A DNA stretch of 64,000 nt from a virus. The stretch is from positions 1-64,000 of the IMG/VR virus record IMGVR_UViG_3300044844_000854; one strand, written 5' to 3'. The position numbers and the translations under genes are program-made. Below, piece by piece: positions 62,068 through 64,000 of the stretch. How positions within the stretch are numbered: position 1 is the stretch's first letter; each line of letters starts with the position of its first letter. The notes below the pieces were generated by a model that was not told the DNA's origin, made no database searches, and saw only the letters and a list, made by a program, of their open reading frames with translations.

Positions 62068-62328
62068 ATGTTTGGCATTTTTTATAAGCCCGAAAAAATC
62101 AATAATGTGGAAACACTTATAGGCTACCCTGCTTGTATGATTTCTACAGAAAAAAAAGGAAATGAAAATAACTTGGGAACAAACTATTGTAAAGTTCTCA
62201 CAGGTATTGCAACTGATGATATTAAACCTATCTCTAGGGTAATTACTAATCCTACAGATAAATGTAGTCATGCTTTCCTTTGGTTACCATTAACAATTAC
62301 ACCACAAGATTTAGGCATTCAAATCTAA
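62068..62328 (+). CDS. Hypothetical protein
   Basis: AGGAG RBS. Confidence 0.6.
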   Translation: MFGIFYKPEKINNVETLIGYPACMISTEKKGNENNLGTNYCKVLTGIATDDIKPISRVITNPTDKCSHAFLWLPLTITPQDLGIQI

Positions 62329-62339
62329 AGGATTAAACA

Positions 62340-62735
62340 ATGAAACAGAAAATGACACCATTTACTACTCATAGCAAACAAGGATTTACATCTAGGGATT
62401 TACCATATATTACAGGTAATAAAATCCTTGTAAGTGAATACTTTGTCAAACGACTTGGTGGTAAAGGATTTGTATATACAGGTGGCGAAACACTTGATTT
62501 CTCTCAAGGATTAAAAGAACCTACCACTGATACACCTAGCTATCTTGATTTGGATATGGTGCTAAAAACACTATTTGATGAGGTAGAACAACTTAAATTA
62601 CAAAATGCTTTACTTGCTGAATGTTTAGCTATTCGTGGGATTGAAATCGTAGCAAATAAAGCAATCTATCACCCTATTGGGAAAACAGAAAATACATTAC
62701 CTGCATTCTCTAGGTATGTTAAATCTGAAAAATAA
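62340..62735 (+). CDS. Hypothetical protein with a short coiled coil
   Basis: AAGGA RBS. Confidence 0.6.
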   Translation: MKQKMTPFTTHSKQGFTSRDLPYITGNKILVSEYFVKRLGGKGFVYTGGETLDFSQGLKEPTTDTPSYLDLDMVLKTLFDEVEQLKLQNALLAECLAIRGIEIVANKAIYHPIGKTENTLPAFSRYVKSEK

Positions 62736-62749
62736 TTAAGCTATATACA

Positions 62750-62778
62750 TTGACAAATACAGACAATATTACTACATT
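62750..62778 (+). promoter_or_regulatory. Sigma70-like promoter for the folE-containing unit
   Basis: TTGACA-17-TACATT. Confidence 0.55.
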
Positions 62779-62815
62779 GATCTAAAAGCTAAAGACACTC
62801 TCAGGACATGATAAG

Positions 62816-63109
62816 ATGTTTGAAACAATATACACAGTACAGATTAAGACATTATTATTTGAAATTAGTATTGTATGTTCACAATTACTAGATAATGATG
62901 AGCCTATTGCATTTGATTTATCCACAGAATTAAACCAATGGTGGATTGATGATAAAGATTATAAAACAACACCAAATGCAATCACTTTAGGTGTATGGCT
63001 TAAAACTATGGAATTACTTAAACAAGATAAATTATATTCAAGTAGAAATCTTACTTGTAAATCTGTGTTATTTGAGAGCCCATCTAAGATTGTTAGATTT
63101 ACACCATAA
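62816..63109 (+). CDS. Possible degenerate QueD/T-fold-like protein
   Basis: Weak resemblance to the C-terminal half of QueD; no Zn-binding His. Confidence 0.35.
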   Translation: MFETIYTVQIKTLLFEISIVCSQLLDNDEPIAFDLSTELNQWWIDDKDYKTTPNAITLGVWLKTMELLKQDKLYSSRNLTCKSVLFESPSKIVRFTP

Positions 63110-63160
63110 AAAACGGAATATTAAAAAACCAAACTACAAAAACACCATAGGAGATATACT

Positions 63161-63580
63161 ATGTCACAAGAAACACAAGAACAACAAGTAGAACAAGAAC
63201 AACCACAATCTACTACACAAGAAACACAAGAACAAGCTCAACAACAATCTCAAAATCCAAATGATGCTTTAGGTTTAACACCTGATGATGAGATTGAAAC
63301 TGCGGTATTACTTGTTATGACTAAGAAGGATAAGGCTATTTTGCCTGTTGTAAATATTGGTAGCTTAAAAACTGATAGAATTGCATCACCTAGAGAAGTA
63401 TATCGTATGTGCCTTGATGTTGCAGATCAAATCTCTTCTGTATCTCTTTTAGGTGAACTTACCAATGTACAGGTAGCATTACTTAAAGAAAGCAATCAAC
63501 AGGTATCAAACCTTACTGCTCAAAAGATTGCAATGGCATTAAATCGTGCAGTAGATGGTAGCAATAAACAAAATGGCTAA
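63161..63580 (+). CDS. Hypothetical protein with a Q/E-rich N-terminus
   Basis: AGGAG RBS; overlaps the folE start. Confidence 0.7.
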   Translation: MSQETQEQQVEQEQPQSTTQETQEQAQQQSQNPNDALGLTPDDEIETAVLLVMTKKDKAILPVVNIGSLKTDRIASPREVYRMCLDVADQISSVSLLGELTNVQVALLKESNQQVSNLTAQKIAMALNRAVDGSNKQNG

Positions 63581-64000
63581 AATCAATGAAGATAATTTAG
63601 AAGTCATTCGTGATTTAATCTCTATCATTGGAGATAATCCATTTAGAGAAGGCTTGATTGATACACCTAAAAGAGTGCTTAAATCTTATGATGAAATCTT
63701 TGCAGGATATTCACAGAATGCTAGAGAAATCCTATCTACTACATTTGAAGAAGATATAAGCTATAACCAAATCATTCTTTCTAGGGATATTCCATTCTCA
63801 TCATTTTGTGAGCATCATATGTTACCATTTACAGGTAAGGCTCATGTTGCCTATTTACCTAATAAAAAGGTTGTAGGATTATCCAAACTTGCAAGAGTAG
63901 TGGATATGTTTGCAAAGAGATTACAAATTCAAGAGAAAATGACTGATCAAATTGCAGATGCTATCTTTGATGTATTACAACCTAAAGGTGTAGGTGTTAT
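63573..64000 (+). CDS. folE: GTP cyclohydrolase I, truncated by the window end (not in the ORF track)
   Basis: My translation: MAKINED...[11 protein letters not shown]...[49 protein letters not shown]. Confidence 0.95.
   Translation, partial: MAKINEDNLEVIRDLISIIGDNPFREGLIDTPKRVLKSYDEIFAGYSQNAREILSTTFEEDISYNQIILSRDIPFSSFCEHHMLPFTGKAHVAYLPNKKVVGLSKLARVVDMFAKRLQIQEKMTDQIADAIFDVLQPKGVGV

Larger units (their letters stand above)
1714..63128 (+). repeat. Dispersed motif A(5-8)CGGA-N(~5-7)-A(4-7): about 44 copies on +, about 5 on -
   Basis: Manual census; positions are listed in the first finding. Confidence 0.9.

Noticed and set aside
1714-63128. The A-CGGA motif as merely a Shine-Dalgarno sequence
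   Set aside because: Many copies are intragenic, follow stop codons far from any start, or are antisense (41652, 44281) yet keep both A tracts; other genes use ordinary AGGA/AGGAG RBSs
1-64000. Stop-codon reassignment (alternative genetic code)
   Set aside because: Core genes are intact in the standard code, and TAA, TAG and TGA all end genes at sensible coupled junctions
1-64000. tRNA or rRNA genes
   Set aside because: No cloverleaf or T-loop (GTTCGA-type) context recognised by eye in intergenic regions; a tRNAscan-SE run would be needed to exclude them formally

Overview
AT-rich dsDNA tailed-phage (myovirus-type) genome segment with nearly all genes on the + strand. 0.25-7.7 kb: small, mostly acidic early-type genes behind sigma70-like promoters. 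About 7.9-10.3 kb: a compositionally distinct, CTGT-saturated island. 10.3-12.45 kb: a non-coding control region with a 23-unit CTGTYG array facing an inverted ACAGC array, further repeat families and an apparent strand-skew switch (candidate origin or genome end). Then queD, RusA, large terminase, MazG-like protein, SPP1-type portal, a 2826-aa protein ending in a MuF domain, scaffold and N4-gp56-type major capsid protein. The contractile tail module is eCIS-like: sheath, tube, chaperone with a -1 frameshift, tape measure, LysM, hub, gp5/VgrG, gp25, baseplate J/I and a 2032-aa DUF6519-like protein. It is followed by an LL-H holin, fibre-like genes and a truncated folE; queD plus folE suggests 7-deazaguanine DNA modification. 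The most striking unexplained signal is a dispersed motif, A(5-8)CGGA-N(~5-7)-A(4-7). I counted about 44 copies on + and about 5 on -, in intergenic gaps, fused with ribosome-binding sites and inside ORFs. All family assignments come from motif recognition by eye and all counts are manual; no searches were run.
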